Positions 27,377-39,029 of a stretch of DNA of 64,000 nt are shown in pieces. Under the pieces are notes generated by a model, which was given only the letters and a program-made list of their open reading frames with translations, made no database searches and was not told the DNA's origin. The translations under genes and the position numbers were made by a program. How positions within the stretch are numbered: position 1 is the stretch's first letter; each line of letters opens with the position of its first letter. Origin of the DNA: Myxococcota bacterium (GTDB taxonomy: Bacteria; Myxococcota_A; UBA9160; UBA6930); NCBI GenBank assembly GCA_965223415.1, contig OZ245002.1, positions 2,400,001 to 2,464,000 of the forward strand, in the 5' to 3' direction.

Positions 27377-28159
27377 TCAGGCGCGCCGCACCCGGGCCGC
27401 GCCCAGCGCGCCGGCGCGCTCGAGCACGCCCAGCACGACCAGGAGCAGCAGGGCGGTCGAGATGGCCGCCACGACGCCGCGGCCCACGAACAGTCGCACG
27501 TAGAAGAGGCTGGCGACCAGGGGCGTGGTCGAGAGGGCGTAGGCCAGGCCGGCGAGCGGCGGGAGGAGGAGGGTCGCGAGCCGGGCCGCCTGCCGGGTTC
27601 CGGCGTGCACGCCGTCGTCCCGGACCAAAGCCGGCAGGCGCTCCCTCCACCGCCGCGCGGCCACGATCAGGGCCACCCCGCCCAGGAGCGTGCTGCCGTG
27701 CTGCAGGAAGCGGTAGGCGTGCAGCTCGTAGGTGGGCAGGGAGCCCAGGCTCTGGCCCAGGATCGGAAGCTCCTCGACGGCGAAGCCGTTTCCGTGGGTG
27801 AAGGCGTCCCACAGGACGTGGGTGAGGGCGCCCAGGGCGACGGAGCTCGCCGCGACGACGGGGGTCGGAGCCGGCGGCGGAGCCAGGGGGATGCGCCGGC
27901 CGAAGCTCTGCGGGGCCAGCATCCGCGCCGGTCGTCGCAGCAGGGAGCGCCAGGTGAGCAGCGTCAGGAGGCCCATCGGCAGGCCAAACCACAGCACGCC
28001 CGGGAGCGAGTGGGTCGCCGCCCGCTCCAACGGCAGGCCCAGGAAGTAGGGGAGGTCCGGGGCCATGCTGCCGATCGCCAGGGCTGCGAAGTCGGCTCGC
28101 GGGCCGAGCCACCCCTTGAGGGGCAGGGCGGCGGCGACGTGGGAAGGCGTGAAGGGCAT
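27377..28159 (-). CDS. DUF4184 family membrane protein
   Basis: MPFTPSHVAAALP, GSMAPDLPYF, THVLWDAFTH, LQHGSTLLG. Confidence 0.85.
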   Translation of the reverse strand: MPFTPSHVAAALPLKGWLGPRADFAALAIGSMAPDLPYFLGLPLERAATHSLPGVLWFGLPMGLLTLLTWRSLLRRPARMLAPQSFGRRIPLAPPPAPTPVVAASSVALGALTHVLWDAFTHGNGFAVEELPILGQSLGSLPTYELHAYRFLQHGSTLLGGVALIVAARRWRERLPALVRDDGVHAGTRQAARLATLLLPPLAGLAYALSTTPLVASLFYVRLFVGRGVVAAISTALLLLVVLGVLERAGALGAARVRRA

Positions 28160-28232
28160 GGCGTCCGATCTCCGGGACCATCGGCAGAACGATCGGCGGA
28201 TTCGACCCCGACCCGCGGGCCAGGTTCCGCCT

Positions 28233-28799
28233 CTAGCGGCGGCGGACGGCCATCAGTAGCCCGCTCCCGGCGGCGAGCTCCGTCGCGACGAGGTCCCGGT
28301 GCCCGACCAACGTGTCCCGCACGCCATCGAGTGCCCGGACGAGCGCCGGGTCGTCGTGCTGGGCCCGGTCCATGTCGTCGACGAGGAGCACGCCTCGGGG
28401 GCGCAGGGCCGCGATCGTCCCCTCCAGGTTCGTGAGCTTGCCGCCCGGCGCGTCCGCGAAGATCAGGTCGAAGTGCCCGAGCTGCTCGACCTGCTCGGCG
28501 CCATCGCCTCGCACGAGCCGCACCCACGCCGGCAGGCTCGCTTCCGCAGCGAGGGCCTGCATGGCCGGGTCGAGCTCGACGCTCACCACCCGGGCGTCGC
28601 TTCGTCGCCCCAGGCCGTGGAGGATCCAGGCGAGCCCCACGCCCGCGCCGGTCCCGAGCTCCAGGATGCGACCGCCCTCCGGCACGGCCGCGGCCAGGGC
28701 GGCGAGCAGGCTCCCGGCGACGGGCTCGCAGGAGAGCGCGAAGCCCGCGCGGCGGGCCCGCTCCTCGGCGCGAGCTACCCGGTCCGGCCGTGCCGTCAC
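28233..28799 (-). CDS. class I SAM-dependent O-methyltransferase
   Basis: ILELGTGAG, VELD, FDLIFADAPGGK, VDD; GTGA overlap with upstream MFS. Confidence 0.85.
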   Translation of the reverse strand: MTARPDRVARAEERARRAGFALSCEPVAGSLLAALAAAVPEGGRILELGTGAGVGLAWILHGLGRRSDARVVSVELDPAMQALAAEASLPAWVRLVRGDGAEQVEQLGHFDLIFADAPGGKLTNLEGTIAALRPRGVLLVDDMDRAQHDDPALVRALDGVRDTLVGHRDLVATELAAGSGLLMAVRRR

Positions 28800-30085
28800 G
28801 CCGTCGCCCGGGCAGATTGGGCCAGGTCTTCGCGCAGGGTGCGCGCGGCCAGGGCGAAGCACACGCCGGCCAGGAGCCCGGCGCAGGCCATGGCGCTGAG
28901 CGAGTAGCGGATCGCGTCGTCGCCGAAGCGCCCGGCCAGCGCATCGTTGGCCAGCCCGATCAGCTGCGGGCCGATCCCGAGGCCCACCAGGTTCAGCACC
29001 GCGAGCAGGGTGGCGGCGGCGAGGGCGCGCATGCGCGGCGCCACGAGCCCCTGGGAGAGGGACCACATCGGCCCGACGTACATGTTGTTCAGCAGGTAGA
29101 ACACGCCGAAGCTGGCCAGGGCGAGCCCGGTCTCCGTGCTCAGGTAGAAGGGCAGCGCGAAGGGAAAGGCCGCGAGCGAGACCAGGGATGGAAGCCACAG
29201 GTTCCAACGCACGTCGCGCACCTGCAGGCGGTCGTTCAGCACGCCGCCCAGGGTCGTCCCGGCGGCACCCGTGAGACCCGCGATCAGGCCGAAGGTCATG
29301 CCCAGCTCGGTGCCGCTCAGGCCCTGTACGCGGATCAGGTAGATCGGGCCCCAGGCGAGCACCGAGTAGCCGACCAGGGCCTGGAAGCAGCCGGCGGCCA
29401 CCATCACCACGAAGGAGCGCTTGCGGGCGAGGGTGCGCACCACCTCGCCGATCGTGGGCACGTTGGCATCCGGGCCGGCCTGCTCCGCGGCGCCGCGCTG
29501 GGGCTCCCGGATCGTGGCGAAGATCAAGAGGGCCAGCGGAACGCCCGGCAGGCCCGCGACCAGGAAGGCGGTGCGCCAGTCGAAGAGGTCGCGCACGATG
29601 CCGCCGCCCATGAAGCCGAACATCAGGCCCAGGTAGATTCCCCAGCCGTAGATGGCGAGGGCGGTGGCCCGCCGGGCCGGCGGGAAGAAGTCGCTGATCA
29701 GGGAGTGGGAGGGCGGCGTGCCAGCGGCCTCCCCGATGCCGACCCCGAAGCGCGCGATGGCCAGGCTGACGAAGCCGACGGCGAGGCCGCACAGGGCGGT
29801 CATGGCGCTCCACACCGCGAGCCCGAGGGAGATGACGAGCTTGCGCGAGCCGACGTCGGCCCAGCGCGCGAGGGGGAAGCTCGCCAGCACGTTCAGGGTG
29901 GCGAAGGCCGGCCCGATCAGGAAGCCGAGCTGGGTATCGCTGAGACCCATCTCGCCCTTGATGTCCTCGGCGACGATCGAGAGGATGTTCCGGTCGACGA
30001 AGTTCAGGATGTAGGCGAGGAGCAGCAGGAAGAGGACGTACCAGGCTCGTCCCCGGGGCGTGGCGCATTCGCCGGCCTCGCTCAT
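28796..30085 (-). CDS. MFS transporter (spinster-like)
   Basis: NFVDRNIL, RFGVGIGEA, SLISDFFPPARRATA. Confidence 0.9.
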   Translation of the reverse strand: MSEAGECATPRGRAWYVLFLLLLAYILNFVDRNILSIVAEDIKGEMGLSDTQLGFLIGPAFATLNVLASFPLARWADVGSRKLVISLGLAVWSAMTALCGLAVGFVSLAIARFGVGIGEAAGTPPSHSLISDFFPPARRATALAIYGWGIYLGLMFGFMGGGIVRDLFDWRTAFLVAGLPGVPLALLIFATIREPQRGAAEQAGPDANVPTIGEVVRTLARKRSFVVMVAAGCFQALVGYSVLAWGPIYLIRVQGLSGTELGMTFGLIAGLTGAAGTTLGGVLNDRLQVRDVRWNLWLPSLVSLAAFPFALPFYLSTETGLALASFGVFYLLNNMYVGPMWSLSQGLVAPRMRALAAATLLAVLNLVGLGIGPQLIGLANDALAGRFGDDAIRYSLSAMACAGLLAGVCFALAARTLREDLAQSARATA

Positions 30086-31260
30086 GCCGGCGAAGGCTCC
30101 CCGGCGCCGAGACGGCCGGGTCGCAGGCCGCGGCTCTGGACCATCACCAGGGCCATCAATCCGGCGGCGAGCCAGAAGGGCCACGCCATCTGGACGTCGA
30201 AGAGGAAGCCCGCGAGCGCGGGGCCGAAGATCCGCGCGAAGGACGCCATCGACTGGAAGGTGCCCATCACGGCGCCCCGGGTCTCGGGGCGGGCCTCGAA
30301 GGAGGTCAGGCTCATCAGCGCGGGCTGGGAGATCGCGCGGCCCACCGCCGAGGCGGTGAGCGGGAGCAGGAGCAGCCCGATCCCCGGCGCGAGCGGCACG
30401 AAGAGGAAGGCCACCGCCATCAGCAGGGCGCCGCTGGTCACGAGGCTCCGCTCCGCATAACGAGCTGCGAGCGCACGCATGCCGCCGCCCTGGATCGCGC
30501 CCATGACCAGTGCCATTCCGACGAGCAGGAAGCCCACGCCCCGCGCGTCGAGCCCGAAGGCGCCCTCCATGAAGGGCGCGAACATGTTCTCGAGCTGGGT
30601 GACGGCGAGGGAGAAGAGCAGGTAGGCCAGGCAGGCGTGCCGGATGCGCGGGTCGCGCAGCACCTCGAGGCGCGAGGCCGTGCGCTGGGGCGCCGCGTGA
30701 CGCGGCGGCTCGGGCAAGGCGAAGAGGGCGAACACGAAGTTCACCGCGGCCAGGCCCGCCGCGGCCAGCATCGGCACCGCGTAGCCGTAGGGCGCGAGCA
30801 GCGCGCCGATCGCCGGACCGAGCAGGAAGCCCACGCCGAAGCTCGCGCCCAGCATGCCCATCCAGCGCGTCCGCTCCTCCTCGCTGGTCACGTCGGTGAT
30901 GTAGGCCGAGGCGACGCTCACGTTCGCCGCGAACCCGCCGGCCACGAGGCGTGCGGCGAAGATGCCGACGAGCGAGCCCGCGAGCCCGAGCCAGAGCAGC
31001 GCGACGGCGGTACCGAAGATCGTCGCGAGCAGCACCGGCCGCCGCCCGACGCGATCCGAGAGCCGTCCCCAGAGCGGCGCGAACACGAACTGCGCCAGGG
31101 CGTAGGCGCTCTGGATGAGCCCGTAGGTGAAGCCGTCCGCACCGAAATCGCTGGCCCAGAACCAGAGGACCGGCATCACGATGCCGAACCCGATCAAGTC
31201 GACGATGACGACGCTGAACAGGATGGCGAGGGAGGCTCTGGACGGGGCAGCGGCGGCCAT
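30082..31260 (-). CDS. MFS transporter (TetA/DHA1-like)
   Basis: DLIGFGIVMP, GRLSDRVGRRPVL, GFLLGPAIG. Confidence 0.9.
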   Translation of the reverse strand: MAAAAPSRASLAILFSVVIVDLIGFGIVMPVLWFWASDFGADGFTYGLIQSAYALAQFVFAPLWGRLSDRVGRRPVLLATIFGTAVALLWLGLAGSLVGIFAARLVAGGFAANVSVASAYITDVTSEEERTRWMGMLGASFGVGFLLGPAIGALLAPYGYAVPMLAAAGLAAVNFVFALFALPEPPRHAAPQRTASRLEVLRDPRIRHACLAYLLFSLAVTQLENMFAPFMEGAFGLDARGVGFLLVGMALVMGAIQGGGMRALAARYAERSLVTSGALLMAVAFLFVPLAPGIGLLLLPLTASAVGRAISQPALMSLTSFEARPETRGAVMGTFQSMASFARIFGPALAGFLFDVQMAWPFWLAAGLMALVMVQSRGLRPGRLGAGEPSPA

Positions 31261-31314
31261 CGGGGGGCGGAGCATGCCGGCGGCCTGCGAGGGCCGCAAG
31301 GCGGTACGCGGCGC

Positions 31315-31788
31315 TCAGCGCTCTCCGAGCAGCCCCTCCAGGTAGCCCGCACTCTCCTCCTCGAGCAGCGCGCAGCTCTCGAGCACCTGCTGCGCCTCGG
31401 AATCACTGCTGGCCGCACGGAGCCCGCGCCACGCGGCCGCGCCCTGGCGCTCGGCGTCGGCCTGGATCGCCCACTGCTCCCGCAGCGAGAGCCCGGCGAA
31501 GACGTCGAAGTACGCGTCGCGGGCCGCGGGGAAGGCGGCGTCGATGGCGGCCTGGGCTGCGGCGTCGATGCTCACCAGCTTCTCCACCCGGGTCGCGATC
31601 TCGTCCTCGCGCTCGGCGCAGGCGGTGAGGCCGCGGGCGACCTCCGGGTCGTCGGTCTGCTCCGCCCACTGCCGGTAGCGGCCGGCGGCGCCGCGCTCGA
31701 GGGTGGCGAGGAAGCGCGGCACGGCGGCTTCCGGCACGGATTGGATCATCGGGGCGAGCAGCTCGCCGAAGTTCGGGGCGTCGGCCAT
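31315..31788 (-). CDS. hypothetical protein, possibly ferritin-like four-helix bundle
   Basis: Repeated LER..A..Y / E.E and AER..A..W / EE pattern; typical codon usage. Confidence 0.55.
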   Translation of the reverse strand: MADAPNFGELLAPMIQSVPEAAVPRFLATLERGAAGRYRQWAEQTDDPEVARGLTACAEREDEIATRVEKLVSIDAAAQAAIDAAFPAARDAYFDVFAGLSLREQWAIQADAERQGAAAWRGLRAASSDSEAQQVLESCALLEEESAGYLEGLLGER

Positions 31789-31834
31789 AGGGGAAAGTTA
31801 GCCCAGCGCCGGGTGTGGGGTGCATACTGCGCGG

Positions 31835-33052
31835 GTGAAGGTCGTGGCGCTCGGAGGCAGTGGAGCCATGGGCCGGTGGGCGGTGCGAGCCGCTCTCGCC
31901 GACCCGAAGGTCGAGGCGCTCGTCGTCGCGGATCTCGACGGCGTGGCAGCGGCTCGCGCCGCCGAGGAGGCGGGCCCGCGGGCCAGCGCGGCGACGATCG
32001 ACGTCGAGGACGAGGAGCGTCTGCGGGGGCTGCTGCGTGGGCACGACCTCGTGCTCAACACGGTCGGTCCCTTCTTCCGCTTCGGCCCCCCGATCCTGCG
32101 TGCCGCAATCGAGTGCGGCTGCCACTACCTGGACGTGTGCGACGACTGGGAGCCGACCCTCGAGATGCTCGCCTTGACGGCGGCGGCGCGCGACGCCGGC
32201 GTCACGGCCGTCGTCGGGCTCGGCGCGAGCCCGGGCGTCTCGAACCTGCTCGCGGTGCAGGCGATCGAGGAGCTGGAGCGCGTCGAGGAGGTCTGGACCG
32301 TCTGGTCCCTCGACGGCGCCGGAAGTGAGCCGGGGGAAGGCGGTCGCGAGGGGCCGAGCGCCGCGACCGTGCACGGCGTACACCAGCTGACCGGCCGCAT
32401 CCGCAGCTTCGAGGGCGGCGCCCTGATCGATCGCAGGCCGATGGAGCGTCACGAGCTGCGCCTCCCCGGCGTGGACCGCAAGCACCCGGTCTGGACGATC
32501 GGCCACCCGGAGTCGATCACGTTGCCGCGCACCTATCGCACCCTGCGGCGCAGCACGAACGCCATGTTCACGGACCCGCGCGCCATTCGGTTGCTGCGTT
32601 TCCTCACGGGGCTCGTCGACTGGCGCCTGGCCTCGATCGAGCGGGTCGCCGGGTGGGTGGAGCGTCTCGAGACGGGCGAGGGCGGCGAGTTCGGCGCAGC
32701 GGTCGGCCCCGAAACGCCGCTCGAAGGCCTCCCGCCGCTTTTCGCCCTGGCCAAGGGCACGCGCGCCGGCGGGCGCGCGTCCGCGGCGGCGGTGCTCGCC
32801 GCCGCTCCGCCCGGAGGAATGGGACCGATCACCGGCATCCCCCTCGGCGTCGGCGCCTCGATGTTGGCCGCCGGCCAGATCGACCGGCCCGGCGTCCATG
32901 CACCCGAGGCGGTCGTTCCCCCCGGCCCCTTCTTCGAGCGGCTCTCGGCCTGGTGCGAGCCGGGCCCGCCGGAGGGCCGGGGGCTCGCGGTCCTCACGCG
33001 ATCCTGGGAAGAGCGGAGCCTGGAAGAGGCTTTCGAGGCCTTCTGGAGCTGA
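31835..33052 (+). CDS. saccharopine dehydrogenase-like oxidoreductase
   Basis: GGSGAMG, NTVGPFFRFG, YLDVCDD, GASPGVSN, GHPE. Confidence 0.85.
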   Translation: MKVVALGGSGAMGRWAVRAALADPKVEALVVADLDGVAAARAAEEAGPRASAATIDVEDEERLRGLLRGHDLVLNTVGPFFRFGPPILRAAIECGCHYLDVCDDWEPTLEMLALTAAARDAGVTAVVGLGASPGVSNLLAVQAIEELERVEEVWTVWSLDGAGSEPGEGGREGPSAATVHGVHQLTGRIRSFEGGALIDRRPMERHELRLPGVDRKHPVWTIGHPESITLPRTYRTLRRSTNAMFTDPRAIRLLRFLTGLVDWRLASIERVAGWVERLETGEGGEFGAAVGPETPLEGLPPLFALAKGTRAGGRASAAAVLAAAPPGGMGPITGIPLGVGASMLAAGQIDRPGVHAPEAVVPPGPFFERLSAWCEPGPPEGRGLAVLTRSWEERSLEEAFEAFWS

Positions 33053-33111
33053 GCTGCTTCCGGAGCGCCCACGCGCCTCTCCGCCCGAAGCTGCCGCTTC
33101 GCGAGCGGGTC

Positions 33112-33140
33112 CTAACCTGGGGCGGGCCTTCGGCCGATAC
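33112..33140 (+). promoter_or_regulatory. putative sigma28-type promoter
   Basis: CTAAC-N16-GCCGATAC, followed by AAGGAG RBS and ATG 33160. Confidence 0.4.
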
Positions 33141-33159
33141 GTCTCCCAAGGAGATCGCC

Positions 33160-33393
33160 ATGGCCAAGGCATTCGGAATCCTCTTCATCGTCGGGCTCGT
33201 CTGGGTCGGCCTCGAGGTCTACACCGAGGGCACCCACGGCGCGTTCGGGGGCGTCTTCGCCTCGTTCACCGACGAACCCGCGCCCACGGACGAGGAACGG
33301 GTCTCGACCCCCCAGCGAGCGGGCCGCGCCTGGGAGCGCGCCCAGGACACCGCCAGCGACCGCCTCGAGCGCCAGCTCGGCGAGGGCTACTGA
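33160..33393 (+). CDS. small membrane hypothetical protein (77 aa)
   Basis: AAGGAG RBS; MAKAFGILFIVGLVWVGLEVY TM helix. Confidence 0.7.
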   Translation: MAKAFGILFIVGLVWVGLEVYTEGTHGAFGGVFASFTDEPAPTDEERVSTPQRAGRAWERAQDTASDRLERQLGEGY

Positions 33394-33471
33394 AGAAACG
33401 GGGCCAGAGTTAAGAATTCAGTTACGCCCCCAAGGGGCGTAACTGAATTCTTAACTCTGGCCCCGTTTCTT
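33393..33471. repeat. perfect 38-bp inverted repeat with 3-nt loop (REPIN/MITE-like, possible bidirectional terminator)
   Basis: AAGAAACGGGGCCAGAGTTAAGAATTCAGTTACGCCCC-caa-exact reverse complement. Confidence 0.92.
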
Positions 33472-34480
33472 AGCGGTTCCACGCCACGGGCATGGTCTCC
33501 CAGCCCTGGACGAACTCGGTCTTCAGCCGCTTCAGCTGGTCGGCCTTCACCTCGTACTCCGGGGCGTCCGCCAGCAGCTTCTCGATGCAGAGCTTGCCTT
33601 CCATCTTGGCGAAGTGCTGGCCGATGCAGGCGTGCACGCCGTGGCCGAAGGAGAGGATGCGCGGAGCGTTCCGGTGGACGTCGAAGCTGTCCGGGCTCTC
33701 GAACTCGCGCGGGTCCCGGTTCGCCGAGGGATAGAGGAACGCCATCCTCTGCCCCGGCCGGAGCGTCTTGTCGTGGAAGGTCACCTCGCCCTTCAGCTTG
33801 CGCATCAGGAACTGGGTGGGCATGTCGTAGCGGAGCCCTTCTTGATAGGCGCCCGGGATGAGTGACGGGTCCTTCACGAGCTGCGCGCGCTGGTCCGGGT
33901 GCTCCCACAGGCGGTGGATCACGCTGGCGAAGGTCTTCGGGAAGGTCTCGGCGCCGCCGATCAGGAACATCGAGAGGTGGCTGCCGGCGCTCTCCAGGTC
34001 GAAGGGGCCGTCGCCGTCCAGGTCCATGCCGATGATCAGGTCGACGACGCTGCCGTCGGAGACGCCCGCCGCCCGCCGCTTCGTGATCAGCTCGCCGAAG
34101 TAGGCGAACATCTCGCCCATGGCGGCGACACCGTCCTCGGTCATGCCGTCCACCCCCTCCTCGCGGGCGAAGAAGCGCCACACCAGCGCGTTCAGCATGT
34201 CGCTGTCTTCCATCGGGAAGCCGTTGGCCAGGCAGGCGACCTTCACGGAGACCTGGTTGGCGAAGTCGTTGAAGAGGTCGACCCCGTCCCGATCCCGGAC
34301 CGCTTGGTAGGCCTCGTCGACGATCTTCTGGATCTCGCCCTCGAGCCGGCGGACCTTGCCGGGCGTGAAGTAGGCGGCCACCTGGGTGCGCATCTTCGTG
34401 TGCCGGGGCGGGTTGATGTTGTTCAGCATCGGCGTCACCGGCTGCACCCGGGTGATGAGCTGGGCGACGGTGGTGCCCTC
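33470..34480 (-). pseudogene. cytochrome P450, 5'-truncated by IS21
   Basis: GGAET (I-helix), EGLR (ExxR), FGHGVHACIG heme motif; frame continues to 34480 (EGTTVAQL...) and abuts the IS end, no native start. Confidence 0.85.
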
Positions 34481-34615
34481 TGTCGAGGGACGTCATCTCT
34501 TGCGCGCTAAGAGGACGGCTAGTTTTGCGCACCCCCCTGGGTTGATGTTCGGTTCTTCCTTCTTCTCTTCCGCTCTCCGAAGGAGAGCACGGCCGTCAGG
34601 CCGCCCTCTGGGGCC

Positions 34616-37194
<2,579 letters not shown>

Positions 37195-37200
37195 GGTTAG

Positions 37201-38470
37201 CAGGCTGCTGAAATTCGGCGCTGAGAGGCGCCAGAACGCCAGAGGGCGCGGGTCCCCGCGGCCCGCTCGGCTCGCTCTTCGATCCCGGAAGCGATCCGGG
37301 GTACCTCGTCTCGATGCAGGTGCGTCATGTGACCTCTACGAGGTTGCGTATGCGGACCAGGTTGTAGACCGCCGCCGTGAAGACGAACATCCACCCGACC
37401 CGATCCGTGCCCCGGTGACGCGTCTTTCGCATTCCCCCGACCGTCTTCATCCAACCGAAGCACTCCTCGATCCGCTTGCGTTTGTGCTGGCTGATCGCGT
37501 AGCCCTCGTGACGGACCGTGCGACCGTCGATCCGGCTGGCCCGATTCGTCGTGTGCTGCGCCACGTGCGGCGTGATGTTGCGCTTCCGGCAGCCCGCCAC
37601 GAACTCCTCGGTGTCGTAGCCCTTGTCCCCGCCCAGCGTGATCCGGCGCCTTCCCGCCACGTCCTCCGCCATCTCCAGCGCTGCCAGCCGCTCGGCGTAG
37701 CCATCGGCCTCCGTCAGCAGCGCCGAGACGATCAGGCCGTTGCGGTTCTCCGTCAGCAGATGGCCCATGTAGGCCAGCTGCGAGGTCTGGCCCTTCTTGC
37801 GCGCCAGCCGCGCCTCGGGATCCGTCGTCGATTCGTGCGTCGCGTTGCTCCGCCGCTCTCCCCGAAAGTTCACCGTCGGGTTGCCCGGATCGTCGTCTCC
37901 GTCGTCCCCCGAGCCGTCCTTCGCCCGGAAGCTCTTCTGGCTCGCCCACGCCTCGATCAGCGTGCCATCCACCGTGAAGTGCTCCGACGACAGAAGGCCG
38001 TGGTCCTTTCCCTGCGCCAGCACCGCCTCAAAGAACGCCTCCGCCACGTCCCCTTCCAGCAGCCGGTCCCGGTTCTTCGTGAAGACCGTCGGGACCCAGA
38101 CCGCATCCTCCATCCCCAGCCCTACGAACCAACGGAACAGCAGGTTGTACTCGAGCTGCTCCATCAGCTGGCGCTCACTCCGGATCGAGTAGAGCACCTG
38201 CAGCAACAGAGCCCGCAGCAGCCGCTCCGGTGGGATCGACGGCCGGCCCGTCGACGCGTAGAGCTCCGAGAACCGCCGAGACAGGCCCCTCAGCGCCTCG
38301 TCCACCATCGCCCGCATGGGGCGAAGCGGATGATCCTCCGGAATCCGCGTCTCCAGCGAGACGTAGCTGAACATCGAACCCTGCTCTCGGTCGCTGCCGC
38401 GCATCCTCTCTCCCCCCGACCCATCTTCTACCATCGAGAACACGGAAACGCAGGGTTTTTCAGCAGCCTG
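37201..38470 (-). mobile_element. complete IS5 family insertion sequence
   Basis: IRs CAGGCTGCTGAAA / TTTCAGCAGCCTG; TTAG duplicated at 37197-37200 and 38471-38474. Confidence 0.92.
37325..38404 (-). CDS. IS5 family DDE transposase
   Basis: MRGSD...GRPSIPPE.LL, HFTVDGTLIEAWAS, GDKGYD, RKRIEECFGW.K. Confidence 0.93.
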   Translation of the reverse strand: MRGSDREQGSMFSYVSLETRIPEDHPLRPMRAMVDEALRGLSRRFSELYASTGRPSIPPERLLRALLLQVLYSIRSERQLMEQLEYNLLFRWFVGLGMEDAVWVPTVFTKNRDRLLEGDVAEAFFEAVLAQGKDHGLLSSEHFTVDGTLIEAWASQKSFRAKDGSGDDGDDDPGNPTVNFRGERRSNATHESTTDPEARLARKKGQTSQLAYMGHLLTENRNGLIVSALLTEADGYAERLAALEMAEDVAGRRRITLGGDKGYDTEEFVAGCRKRNITPHVAQHTTNRASRIDGRTVRHEGYAISQHKRKRIEECFGWMKTVGGMRKTRHRGTDRVGWMFVFTAAVYNLVRIRNLVEVT

Positions 38471-38485
38471 TTAGGGGGCGCCCGT

Positions 38486-38921
38486 TCATTGACCCGGTGG
38501 CTCCACGCCGACCCAGACAACGGAACTCGAGACGGATGGCAGCTGCGTCGAACGCCATGATGTGAAGGCCTCTAGCGAGAGCGGATCCACGGGAATAGGC
38601 CATGAGGCCAGGCGATGATTGGACCAGACGTACTCACGGACAAACCCCGCTTCTACGATTGCTGCTAGGTATTGCAGGTACGGATCTTCCTCTTCCCCGG
38701 GATTCCACTCCGCGTTCCAGGTCCTCGCGAGCATCTCTCGGGCCGCAGTTTCCGTTTCGAACGATGCATTCGTGCGGATGCTGCGGGAGACAGCTTCCTG
38801 ATTGCGTGCGCTGGTCACGATCGGGGGGTGCTTTCGCAGTTCTGCTGGCAACTCCTTCGCGACAACTAGAGCGTACGCCAACCAGGCGGTTAGAACGGCC
38901 TGGTCATGAAATGCTGCGTCG
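38486..38921 (-). pseudogene. 3' fragment of a hypothetical gene of lower GC, truncated by IS21 copy B
   Basis: Open frame DAAFHDQAVLTAWLAY...DPYLQYLAAIVEAGFVREYVW...*, abuts IS end; visibly more A/T-rich. Confidence 0.55.
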
Positions 38922-39029
38922 CCTCGGTGGACACCCAAAACCGGCCATAGAAGGACGTCTGAAAAGCGGCCATAGGGGCTGACGCCCAGGACGTTGACGA
39001 CGGCGAGGGACCTGCGATCCCCCGCCGCC

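Noticed and set aside
30082..31260. tetA resistance gene
   Set aside because: DHA1-type motifs only, no adjacent divergent tetR; substrate unknown.
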